A stretch of 64,000 nt of DNA from positions 160,001-224,000 of the forward strand of contig JBIJDH010000005.1 of the NCBI GenBank assembly GCA_044344255.1, written 5' to 3'. The notes under the pieces are model-generated. The model was not told the DNA's origin, did no database searches, and worked only from the letters and a program-made list of their open reading frames with translations. Positions 47,812 to 56,336 of the stretch are shown piece after piece (within the stretch, counting starts at the first letter, position 1; the number at the start of each line of letters is the position of its first letter). The position numbers and the translations under genes are program-made. This stretch comes from Myxococcota bacterium (GTDB lineage: Bacteria > Myxococcota_A > UBA796 > UBA2385).

Positions 47812-49044
47812 ATGGCCCGCGCTCCGCTGAACGTTGTCTTCGTCGCGCCCTTCTTCCTCGACACCACCGTGCGCTTCATCCGCTCGGTGGCGGAGCTCGG
47901 GGGGGCGAAGGTCGGGCTCATCAGCCAGGACCCGATCGAGAAGCTCGACCCCGCGGTCCGCGCGCGCCTCGCGGCTCATTACCGGGTGGAGGACGGGCTC
48001 AACCCCGAGCAGCTCACCGCCGCCACCCGCTGGATGGGCGTCCGCTTGGGCTCGGTCGACCGGCTGGTGGGCGCGCTCGAGCAGCTCCAGGTGCCGCTCG
48101 GGCAGGTCCGCGACCGGCTCGGCCTCGACGGGATGCGCGAGGAGGCGGCCCGGAACTTCCGAGAGAAGTCCCGGATGAAGGATGTGCTCGGCGCGGCGGG
48201 GATCCAGGTCGCCCGGCACAGGCTGGTGAGTTCGGTGGCCGAGGGGGTGGAATTCGCTCGGACCATCGGCGGGCCGGTGGTGATCAAGCCGCCCGACGGC
48301 GCCGGGGGCTTCTCCACCTACCGGGCCGCCAACTTGACCGAGGCGGCGCAGATCCTCGAGGCCCAGCGGCCGAGCGCCGCCCGCCCGAGCCTCGTCGAGG
48401 AGTTCATGACGGGGCTCGAGCGCAGCTTCGACGCCGTCACGATCCAGGGCCGGCCGGTCTGGCACTCGCTCACGGTCTATACGCCCACGCCGCTCGAGGT
48501 GCTCGAGAACCCCTGGATCCAGTGGACGGTTCTGCTCCCGCGGGAGACGGACCACCGCCGCTGGGATGAGGTCCGGCGGGTGGGCGTCGAGACGCTGCGC
48601 GTGCTCGGCATGACCACCGGGCTCAGCCACATGGAGTGGTTCGAGCGTCCAAACGGGAGCGTGGCGGTCTCCGAGATCGGGGCGAGGCCCCCCGGGGCCC
48701 GCATCGTGCCCCTCATTGGCTACGCCCACGACTGCGACTTCTTCCACAAGTGGGCCCGCCTCGTCGTCTTCGAGGAGTTCGACGCCCCCGAGACCCGCTT
48801 CGCGGCGGGGGCTGCCTACCTCCGCGGGCAGGGCACGGGGAAGGTGAAGGCCATCCACGGCCTCGACGCCGCCCACCGAGAGCTCGGCCACCTCGTCGTC
48901 GAGGCGCAGCTCCCCAAGATCGGGCAGGCCGCCAGCGCCTCGTACGAAGGGGAGGGGACGGTCATCCTCCGCCACCCCGAGACTCGCGTGGTCGAGGAGG
49001 GCCTGAAGCGCCTCGTCTCCCTGGTCCGGGTCGAGCTCGGCTGA
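47812..49044 (+). CDS. ATP-grasp domain protein
   Basis: FREKSRMK, PVVIKPPDGAG, LVEEF, HMEWF, SEIGARPPG. Confidence 0.88.
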   Translation: MARAPLNVVFVAPFFLDTTVRFIRSVAELGGAKVGLISQDPIEKLDPAVRARLAAHYRVEDGLNPEQLTAATRWMGVRLGSVDRLVGALEQLQVPLGQVRDRLGLDGMREEAARNFREKSRMKDVLGAAGIQVARHRLVSSVAEGVEFARTIGGPVVIKPPDGAGGFSTYRAANLTEAAQILEAQRPSAARPSLVEEFMTGLERSFDAVTIQGRPVWHSLTVYTPTPLEVLENPWIQWTVLLPRETDHRRWDEVRRVGVETLRVLGMTTGLSHMEWFERPNGSVAVSEIGARPPGARIVPLIGYAHDCDFFHKWARLVVFEEFDAPETRFAAGAAYLRGQGTGKVKAIHGLDAAHRELGHLVVEAQLPKIGQAASASYEGEGTVILRHPETRVVEEGLKRLVSLVRVELG

Positions 49045-49138
49045 CGGGCCGGCCCTCCGCCGCCGCCACTTGGGTCCGGCAGGTTTCACGGTGCGGCCCC
49101 TGGCGGAAGGCGGTTAGGCAGCGCGGGTTGGAGAGTCC

Positions 49139-50200
49139 ATGCGCATGTCCCGACCGTCTTCTGTGAAGTTCCTCCTCGTCCTCGCGCTCGGCGGCCTGAG
49201 CCTCGCCCAGAGCGGCTGTGGCTCCTGCGTCGCCAAGAAGGAGGTCGAGAAGCCCGTCGTTGAGAAGAAGGGGAAGAAGGCCCCGAAGAAGGAGGCTGTC
49301 CCCAAGACCGCCTCGCGAGACATGGTGCCGACGGGCACGATGGTGGCGGTGCAGGTGGGGGCGCGCAGCTACCTGTGGTCCGACAGCCGCACCGGCATGC
49401 TCTCGATGGACACGGACAAGCTGGCCTGGTCGCCGAACGGCTTCGAGAGCCCGGACCTCGGCGGGACCAAGGTGCTCGCCCCGGGCGGCGCGCAGTACTG
49501 GCGGTTCACCCCAGGGAAGGTGAAGACCACCCCCATCAAGGACCTCTACGCCGCCCCGGGCGCGGCCCCCGAGGGCTACGCGATCTCCGCCGATCCCGGC
49601 AAGGCCAACCGCATCGAGGTCACGATGCGCGGCCCGGAGGGGCGGTATATCCGCGTGGGCCTCTTCCCCGAGGCGCCGACGGCGACCACCTGGCTCCAGG
49701 GAGTCCTGCCCACGGGGGTCAAGGTCGCGCCGCGGCTCGACAAGTCGAGCGGCTGGAAGCTGTCCGATGACGGCACCGCCAAGGCAGAGATCCCCGACGG
49801 CGCGACACCCGCCACCATGACCGCCCCCTCCGACGATCGGCTCAAGGGCTGGCTCGCAGACGCCGCCAAGCTGCGCGGTGGGGAGGTGAAGGCCCTGTGG
49901 AGCGGCGTCCTCGACCTCGACGGGGACCCCGAGACCGAGGGCCTGCTGTGCGTGAGCGGCGGCAAGGGGGATTACCCCTGCCTCGTGGTGGACGAGGTGG
50001 GCGGCGAGCGCCGGTACCACGCGGTCAACCTGCCCTACGATGACGTCTCGAAGGGCGCCGCCCCGATCGCCTTCGCCAAGGACGGCGCCAACTACGTGAT
50101 GTGGCTCGGTCCCGTGGCGCGGGCCCCGGCGGGCTCGCCGGCGCAGATCCAGACGGTCCGCTTCACGGGCGCTGCCTTCCAGGCCGAGACGATCCGATAG
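49139..50200 (+). CDS. Hypothetical exported (lipo)protein
   Basis: Signal peptide with SGCGSC, Lys-rich linker, DLDGD motif; strong codon bias. Confidence 0.72.
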   Translation: MRMSRPSSVKFLLVLALGGLSLAQSGCGSCVAKKEVEKPVVEKKGKKAPKKEAVPKTASRDMVPTGTMVAVQVGARSYLWSDSRTGMLSMDTDKLAWSPNGFESPDLGGTKVLAPGGAQYWRFTPGKVKTTPIKDLYAAPGAAPEGYAISADPGKANRIEVTMRGPEGRYIRVGLFPEAPTATTWLQGVLPTGVKVAPRLDKSSGWKLSDDGTAKAEIPDGATPATMTAPSDDRLKGWLADAAKLRGGEVKALWSGVLDLDGDPETEGLLCVSGGKGDYPCLVVDEVGGERRYHAVNLPYDDVSKGAAPIAFAKDGANYVMWLGPVARAPAGSPAQIQTVRFTGAAFQAETIR

Positions 50201-51723
50201 CGCTGCCGCGCTGGGTCGAGCTGCACGTCGATGACCGGCTGATCTCCCGCGAGCCCGAGCGGGCCCCGGAGGCGGCGCGGCTGCTCGAACAGCTCTGCGA
50301 CCTCGCCGAGGGCGCAGGCGCTCGCTGGAGCCTCCGCGTCCGAGAGTCCTTCGCCCTCGCCGATCGCGGGCTGCTCCTCGAGCTCTCTCGTCGCGGGCAC
50401 GAGGTGGGGGTGCACGCGCACGGGAGCCGCCTCGGCGCCGCGGTGGCCGCCCTTCGCAGGGCCGGGCTCGCGCCCACCGTGGGTGCGCCCGGCCTCGTCC
50501 AGGCGAACGAGGCCCGCGGCGCCCTCTTGCGGGAGGCCTCCGCCCATGGCCTCCGCCTCGTCACCGACCACGGGCCCTCCCCCGCCTGGCCCGGTGAGGG
50601 CCGGCAGGTCCGAGTCGAGGGGGGGCTCGCGGTGATGGCCCCGACCGTCCGCCCCGAGGACTGGGGGCTCTTCGAGGGGGAGGGTGAGCAGGCGGGCCTG
50701 TGCCCCGAGAAGGTTGATCGGCTGCACGAGATCGAGGATCGGGCCGCCGAGCTCGGCGCCGCCTACTTCGGGCTCACCTTCCATGAGCATGACCTCTGTC
50801 CGCCGGGCTCCCTCCGCCCTCGTCCCGGCGCTTTGCGGGCCCTGGAGAGGCTCTTCTCTCGAGGGGCGGTCCCCTCGGCGGAGGCGGCCCGGGTCCAGGG
50901 CGCGGGGCCGCGTCCGATCCCGCTTGGAGATCCCGCCCTCTGGCTCGCCCGCGCCCTCGGACGGGGCGCAGGCTGGCTGCGCGGGCGGCGGTGGCGGCGC
51001 TCCCCACCCCGCCGCCTCGATCGGGTCTATGTGCCCGTCGGCGAGCGGGGGCTCTGCGCCTCGCGGATCGGGCCGCCGCGGCCCCGCGCGATCGTGCTGG
51101 CCTCGCACGCGGGGCCCCACGGGGGGCGCGCCGTCGGCCTGCGTCCCTTCGGCCTCGACGACGACGCGCTCGCGGAGGTCGGCGTGGCGCTGTGGCTCTA
51201 CGATCGATCCGGCACCGGCGACAGCGCCGCGCTCGGCCCGCCCGGCCCGGCCACGCCGGGGAGCCCCGCGCATGTCGAGGATTGGCGCGCCATGCTCGCC
51301 CGCGCCCGCGAGGAGGGGCGCCCGGTGTTCGCGCTCTCCTGGTCGAGCGGGCTCCTGCCGGTGCTGCGGGCCGCCGCAGCGGGCGATCGGCCCGACGCCC
51401 TGCTCGACGCGGAGGGCCCCTCCGATCGGTTCAGCCTCGTGCCGCCTCCGGGAGCTGGCGCCCCGCTGACGCTCGCCGCGCGCTCCCCCTTTGACGACGC
51501 GGCCTGGGTCGGCCTCGAGCCGGTCGGGCTGCTCGGGTCGCTCGGGGCCCCCTACATTCGGCTGCAAGGGAGCCCGGATCACCTGCACGGAGACTGGTCT
51601 GGTCACGCGGCGGCCCTGCTCGACGCGGCGGGTCGAGCTGGCCTCCAGCGGCCCGCGCTCTCGGGTCCGCGTCCCCTCGGTGAGCTGCTGGCCCTCGTTC
51701 GAGCGCTCTCCCTCAGCGTATGA
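50197..51723 (+). CDS. Fusion of a NodB/polysaccharide-deacetylase-like domain and an alpha/beta-hydrolase-like domain; start uncertain
   Basis: ELHVDD, RGHEVGVHAH, LTFHEHD in the N-terminal half; YDRSGTGDS and LSWSSG in the C-terminal half. No canonical start codon lies immediately after the upstream stop. Confidence 0.6.
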   Translation: MALPRWVELHVDDRLISREPERAPEAARLLEQLCDLAEGAGARWSLRVRESFALADRGLLLELSRRGHEVGVHAHGSRLGAAVAALRRAGLAPTVGAPGLVQANEARGALLREASAHGLRLVTDHGPSPAWPGEGRQVRVEGGLAVMAPTVRPEDWGLFEGEGEQAGLCPEKVDRLHEIEDRAAELGAAYFGLTFHEHDLCPPGSLRPRPGALRALERLFSRGAVPSAEAARVQGAGPRPIPLGDPALWLARALGRGAGWLRGRRWRRSPPRRLDRVYVPVGERGLCASRIGPPRPRAIVLASHAGPHGGRAVGLRPFGLDDDALAEVGVALWLYDRSGTGDSAALGPPGPATPGSPAHVEDWRAMLARAREEGRPVFALSWSSGLLPVLRAAAAGDRPDALLDAEGPSDRFSLVPPPGAGAPLTLAARSPFDDAAWVGLEPVGLLGSLGAPYIRLQGSPDHLHGDWSGHAAALLDAAGRAGLQRPALSGPRPLGELLALVRALSLSV

Positions 51724-54700
51724 TGCGCCGGATGCCCATCCTTCCCTCTTCGCCGCTGCTCACCTCCCTGTGCGGGGTCCAGCACCGTGTGGGGAGCGGT
51801 CGCCTGGGGACGGTCTACCGCGCGACCCACCTCGAGACCGATCGCCCGGTCGCCCTGCGGGTCCTCTCGGAGCCCGTGAACGGCGACCACGGCCTCCGCC
51901 TCGCCTGGTGGCGAGAGGCCCGCCAGGCCGCAGGGCTCCGGCACCCCAACGTGGCGGCCGTCTATCGGGCGGGGGCGATCCAGCGCTCGGAGGAGGGGCT
52001 TACGCCCTTCCCGGTGGGGTCCCTCTGGCTGGCGTCGGAGTGGCTGGAGGGGCCCGCCCTCTCCAGCCAGCGCCTCGCCTTTGCGGATGTGGTGCCGATC
52101 GTCTCCAGCCTGTTGCGGGCCCTCGCCCACCTGCACGCCCGCGGGTATCGCCACGGCGCGGTGCGGGCGCGGAACCTGCGGTGCTCCACCCCGGGAGGGG
52201 CGGCCCGGCTCTGTGACATGGGGATGGACCGCATCGATGCGCTGGTCCACGAGAGCAGCGATCTGGCCAGCCTCCACGGCCCGGTGGTCACCGACCTCGC
52301 CTCGGTGGCGGTGCTCGTCTCCGCGCTGGTGCCCGCCCCGCGTCCGCCCGGCGTGGACGACTGGATCGCCGGCCTCCGCGGCGTGGGCCGCGCGCGCCCC
52401 TTCACCCACTCCGCGGACGCCCGTCTCGCCTGGGAGGCCCTCACCGGCGTCCCCTCCGAGGCCCCCGTCGAGGATGCGTCGAACGCCGCTCGCTACCTCA
52501 ACTTTGATGGCGCCCCCGATCCCTGGCCCCTCGTCGGCCGGGGCGCTGAGCGGGAGCTCCTCGACTCCGCGCTCCGGCGCGTACGGGCGGAGGGCCGCCC
52601 CCGCGCCGTGGTGCTCTCGGGCCCCCCCGGGGTCGGTCGCGACGCCCTCGCGAGCGCGCTGTCCACGGGGGCCGACGAGCTCGGCCTCGCCTGGTCCCTC
52701 GTCGCCTGGCACGGGCCCTTCTCGACGCGGGGCCACGGTCTCGGCGGGATGATGGCCCGCTTCCTCGGCTGCGACGGGATGGTGCCGCCCCTCTCCCGCA
52801 TCCGCGCCGAGACCCGCCTCCAAGACCTCGGGGTCGACGCGGAGTTCGTCCGCCGCTTCGTTGCGGTCTGGGTGGAGGACGGCTCCGGGCGGGTGCCGGC
52901 CAGCCCGGTGGAGCAGGCCGAGGTCCTCCAAGGCCTGCTGGAGCGCCTCTCCCGAGAGAAGCCGGTCATCCTGCGGCTCGACGAGGCCCACTGGAGCCAG
53001 GACGCCCTGGCGCTCGCCGACCACCTGCTCTCGTCGCCGCAGACCACGAGCCTGCCCGTCCTGCTCGTGCTCACCGTGCGCTCCGACCTCGTCCCCCGGC
53101 GCCCCGCCGAGGAGGCCCGCCTCCGCCGCCTCCTCGAGCGGCCGCACTGCGGGCTCGTCACGCTCGGCCCCCTCGGGATGACCGAGCGGCGGGCCCTCCT
53201 CGAGGACCAGCTCCACTTCCTGCCCTCCGCCGCGACCCGCCTCGCCGAGGCCTCGCTCGGCAGCCCGCTCTACCTCCACGAGGTGCACGCGCAGCTCCGA
53301 GCGACCGGGGGCCTCCGCCGGCCGGCCCGCGGGGAGGTCGCGCTCACCGACGAGGTGTCGGCGCTGCCCTCCGACGTCGACGTCATCTGGCAGCGGCGCC
53401 TCCATCACCTGCTCGACGAGGTCGCCCCCGGCTCGAGTGACGCGGTCGAGATCGCGGCCGTGCTCGGCGGCCTCGTGGACGCGCGGGAGTGGCGGGAGAT
53501 CTGCGCCAAGGAGCGCGCGAACATCGACCCTGGCCTCGTCGACCTCCTGTTCCACGAGGGCCTCGCCCAGCCGATCCCCCGCGCCGCGCCCGGCGCCTGG
53601 CGCTTCAGCCACGGGCTCTTGGTGCGGGCGATCATCCACCGGGCGGCGCGCGGAGGCCGCCTCGCGAGCCATCACAGGGCGGTGGCCCGCTACCTCGAGA
53701 GCCTGCCCGAGGACAAACACCCGGCTCGCCGGGCCCGCCCCTTCCGACACCGCCTCGCCGCCGGCGAGGTCGACAAGGTCTTCGAGACGGCGGTGGGCCT
53801 CGTGCGCAGCTCGCTCGCCGGGGGCCTCCTCCGCGCGGCCCTCGAGCTGACCGATCGGCTCGAGCGGGCCATCGACGTCGCCGGGGACGGCCCCGAGGCC
53901 GTGCGCCGCGCCTGGCTCTGGGCCCTCCGCGCCGAGGCGCGCACCCTCGAGGGGGCCTCCGAGCAGGCCTGGCCGCTCATCGCGCGCACCGAGGCCACCT
54001 CCCGGCGCTTCGGTTGGTCGAACCTCCTCGCGCTCTCGCTCGTCCTCCGCGTCCGGGCCCAGCGCGCCGAGCGGGAGCCCGAGCTCACCCGCAAGCGGCT
54101 GATCGAGGCGGAGGCCCTGCTCGAGCGGGGCGGTCCCGCCTGGCTCCGAGCCCGGGTGCGCATGGAGGCCGCCCGCCTCGCCCTCGAGCAGGGGGACTGG
54201 GAGGGGGCCGCCGACGAGCTCGCCGAGGCCCGACCCCTCTGGGAGGAGGCCCGCGATCCGGTCGGCGTGGCCCACTGCTGGCTCGGCCTCTCGCGCCTCG
54301 CCGCCTTGGAGGGCGACAGCGACGTCGCCGCGCGCCGCCTCGAGGCCGCGATGCACCACTTCGAGTCCGCAGGCGCCTGGCTTGGGGTGGCGGAGGCCCA
54401 CGCGCTCGCCGGAGATCAGCTCCGCCACGGCGGGAGCCTCGAGCCGGCGCTCGCCCGCTACTCGGCGGGGCGGCGCATCGTCGACGCCCTCGGCCTGCCC
54501 GGCCTCCTCGACGCAGAGCTGGGCGAGGCCCTCGTCGAGGTGGGCCGAGGCGACTGGCGCCAGGCTCGCCGGCTGCTCGTCCCCCTGCTCGACCGCGTGG
54601 CCGGCGGCGCCTCCCCGGTCCTAGAGGCCGGCGCCCAGCTCGGGCTCGCCGCCTGCGCCGCCGGGCTCCACGATCGGCCTGCCCTCGACCGGCACCTCGA

Positions 54701-54899
54701 CGCGGCGCGGCAGAGCCTCCGCGACTCCGATCGGGTCGACATCGAGCTCGCCCTCCTCGCCGAGCGGGTGGGCGAGCTCTCCTCCGCCATCGAGGACAAG
54801 TCCCACGCCCGCCGCGCCTGGCGCCTCGCCGCCTCGCAGCTCCGGGGCCTCGGTCGGGTCGAGGAGGCGGCGCGGGCCGAGACCCTCTCCTCTGGCTGA
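51720..54899 (+). CDS. Pseudokinase + degenerate AAA NTPase + TPR-like repeats
   Basis: VGSGRLGTVYRA kept, but VALR, HGAVRARN and DMG replace VAxK, HRDLKPxN and DFG; LVGR, GPPGVGRD, LDEAHW. Confidence 0.8.
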   Translation: MMRRMPILPSSPLLTSLCGVQHRVGSGRLGTVYRATHLETDRPVALRVLSEPVNGDHGLRLAWWREARQAAGLRHPNVAAVYRAGAIQRSEEGLTPFPVGSLWLASEWLEGPALSSQRLAFADVVPIVSSLLRALAHLHARGYRHGAVRARNLRCSTPGGAARLCDMGMDRIDALVHESSDLASLHGPVVTDLASVAVLVSALVPAPRPPGVDDWIAGLRGVGRARPFTHSADARLAWEALTGVPSEAPVEDASNAARYLNFDGAPDPWPLVGRGAERELLDSALRRVRAEGRPRAVVLSGPPGVGRDALASALSTGADELGLAWSLVAWHGPFSTRGHGLGGMMARFLGCDGMVPPLSRIRAETRLQDLGVDAEFVRRFVAVWVEDGSGRVPASPVEQAEVLQGLLERLSREKPVILRLDEAHWSQDALALADHLLSSPQTTSLPVLLVLTVRSDLVPRRPAEEARLRRLLERPHCGLVTLGPLGMTERRALLEDQLHFLPSAATRLAEASLGSPLYLHEVHAQLRATGGLRRPARGEVALTDEVSALPSDVDVIWQRRLHHLLDEVAPGSSDAVEIAAVLGGLVDAREWREICAKERANIDPGLVDLLFHEGLAQPIPRAAPGAWRFSHGLLVRAIIHRAARGGRLASHHRAVARYLESLPEDKHPARRARPFRHRLAAGEVDKVFETAVGLVRSSLAGGLLRAALELTDRLERAIDVAGDGPEAVRRAWLWALRAEARTLEGASEQAWPLIARTEATSRRFGWSNLLALSLVLRVRAQRAEREPELTRKRLIEAEALLERGGPAWLRARVRMEAARLALEQGDWEGAADELAEARPLWEEARDPVGVAHCWLGLSRLAALEGDSDVAARRLEAAMHHFESAGAWLGVAEAHALAGDQLRHGGSLEPALARYSAGRRIVDALGLPGLLDAELGEALVEVGRGDWRQARRLLVPLLDRVAGGASPVLEAGAQLGLAACAAGLHDRPALDRHLDAARQSLRDSDRVDIELALLAERVGELSSAIEDKSHARRAWRLAASQLRGLGRVEEAARAETLSSG

Positions 54900-54942
54900 T
54901 GGCTGGGTGGACGGGGTGGCGGCCCTGGGGGTCGGCGTGGGC

Positions 54943-55722
54943 TCAGCCGAGGTCGAAGACCTCATGCCGCCGCGCCGCCCCTGCGAAGCCGGTGAGCTCC
55001 TGGCCCTCCGGCACGGCGGTGTGGTGCATGAGGGTGACCTGCCCGCGCAGAGACGCGGGGAGCGTGCAGAGCTCGGCGAAGTGGGTGTGGACGGTGCCGC
55101 GGAAGGGCCGCGCGAACATGCACTCGTGGAAGATGCGGTCGGCCTCGGCGGCCTCGGCGATCCAGCCGGGGGAGAAGGTGGTGTCCCCGCTCCACCAGAC
55201 CCTGCGGTGGCGGTCGCGGATCTCGATGCCGTAGGCGGCCTTGTCGACGTGGGCGCCGACGACGTGGGGGACGCGGAACCACCGGAAGCGGACACCGCCG
55301 ATCTCGGTCTCCTGCGTGCGGTGGCGGCGGAGCAGGGCCTCGATGGCCCCGCTGCGGGCCTCTCCGTGGGGGTCGGAGAAGGGGTCGAGGAAGGGCTCGA
55401 GGGAGCGGCAGAGCGGGTCGATCAGGTCTTCCGGGCCGACGAGCTCGGTGTGCGCGAAGGCGGGCCCCTCGCCGGGGTGGGGCGGCAGGTACATCCGCTC
55501 CCAGATGAGCTGCTCGGGGCTCGCGTGATCGGCGTGGAGGTGGGTGAAGAGGATGGCGCGCAGGGCCGTGGCGTGGACGCCGAGCTCCCGCAGGCTCTGG
55601 GCGGCGGTGGTGCCGCAGTCGAGCAGGACGGGGCCCTCTTCGGTGTCGACCAGCGCGTTGTTGTGGTAGTTCACGCGGTAGTCGGTGAAGGCTCCGCCCG
55701 AGCCGAGGAAGGTGATGCGCAA
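54943..55722 (-). CDS. MBL-fold metallo-hydrolase (RNase Z/phosphodiesterase-like)
   Basis: TTG start with GGAGG; ITFLGSGGAF, LLDCG, THLHADH, VPH, SGDT, FHEC, VHT, LMH. Confidence 0.9.
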   Translation of the reverse strand: MRITFLGSGGAFTDYRVNYHNNALVDTEEGPVLLDCGTTAAQSLRELGVHATALRAILFTHLHADHASPEQLIWERMYLPPHPGEGPAFAHTELVGPEDLIDPLCRSLEPFLDPFSDPHGEARSGAIEALLRRHRTQETEIGGVRFRWFRVPHVVGAHVDKAAYGIEIRDRHRRVWWSGDTTFSPGWIAEAAEADRIFHECMFARPFRGTVHTHFAELCTLPASLRGQVTLMHHTAVPEGQELTGFAGAARRHEVFDLG

Positions 55723-55767
55723 GACGGCCTCCGCAGAGGAGCCTATCTGTCGGCGCCCCGCCGACGC

Positions 55768-55804
55768 CACTGACCAGCGGGACACTGACGGAGAGGACAC
55801 TGAC
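55768..55804. repeat. Three CACTGAC direct repeats at 15-bp period in a divergent intergenic region
   Basis: Copies start at 55768, 55783 and 55798. Confidence 0.75.
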
Positions 55805-55852
55805 CGGGGGGAGGCGCTCGGGTTAGGGCGCGCCCCCCCACAGAGGTGTCCG

Positions 55853-56317
55853 GTGGCCCGAACCTGGCTGATGAAGAGCGAGCCCAGCGTCTTCTCGATC
55901 GACGACCTCGCCCGCGTGGGCACCACGCATTGGGAGGGCGTTCGGAATTACCAAGCGCGAAACTCGATGCGCGACGACATGAAGGTCGGCGACCTGGTGA
56001 TCTTCTACCACTCGAACGCCGAGCCCACCGGGGCCGCGGGCGTGGCGCGGGTCTCTCGCGAGGCCTACCCCGACCCCGACGGATGGGACCCCGAGTCCCC
56101 CTACTTCGATCCGAAGGCCTCCCCTGAGAACCCGCGCTGGGTGCTGGTCGACCTCAGCTTCGTCGAGCGCTTCCCCGCCGTGGTGAGCCTCGTGACCTTG
56201 AAGGCCACCCCCGCCCTCGAGGGGATGATGGTGACCAAGAAGGGGATGCGCCTGTCCGTTCAGCCCGTGGAGGTCGCCCACTTCGACGAGGTCGTCCGGA
56301 TGGGCCGCGGCGCCTGA
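55853..56317 (+). CDS. EVE domain protein
   Basis: WLMKSEP..FSIDDL, WEGVRNYQARN, FYHSN, YFDPK, RLSVQPV. Confidence 0.95.
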   Translation: MARTWLMKSEPSVFSIDDLARVGTTHWEGVRNYQARNSMRDDMKVGDLVIFYHSNAEPTGAAGVARVSREAYPDPDGWDPESPYFDPKASPENPRWVLVDLSFVERFPAVVSLVTLKATPALEGMMVTKKGMRLSVQPVEVAHFDEVVRMGRGA

Positions 56318-56336
56318 GCGAGGGCGCCGTCGGGCC

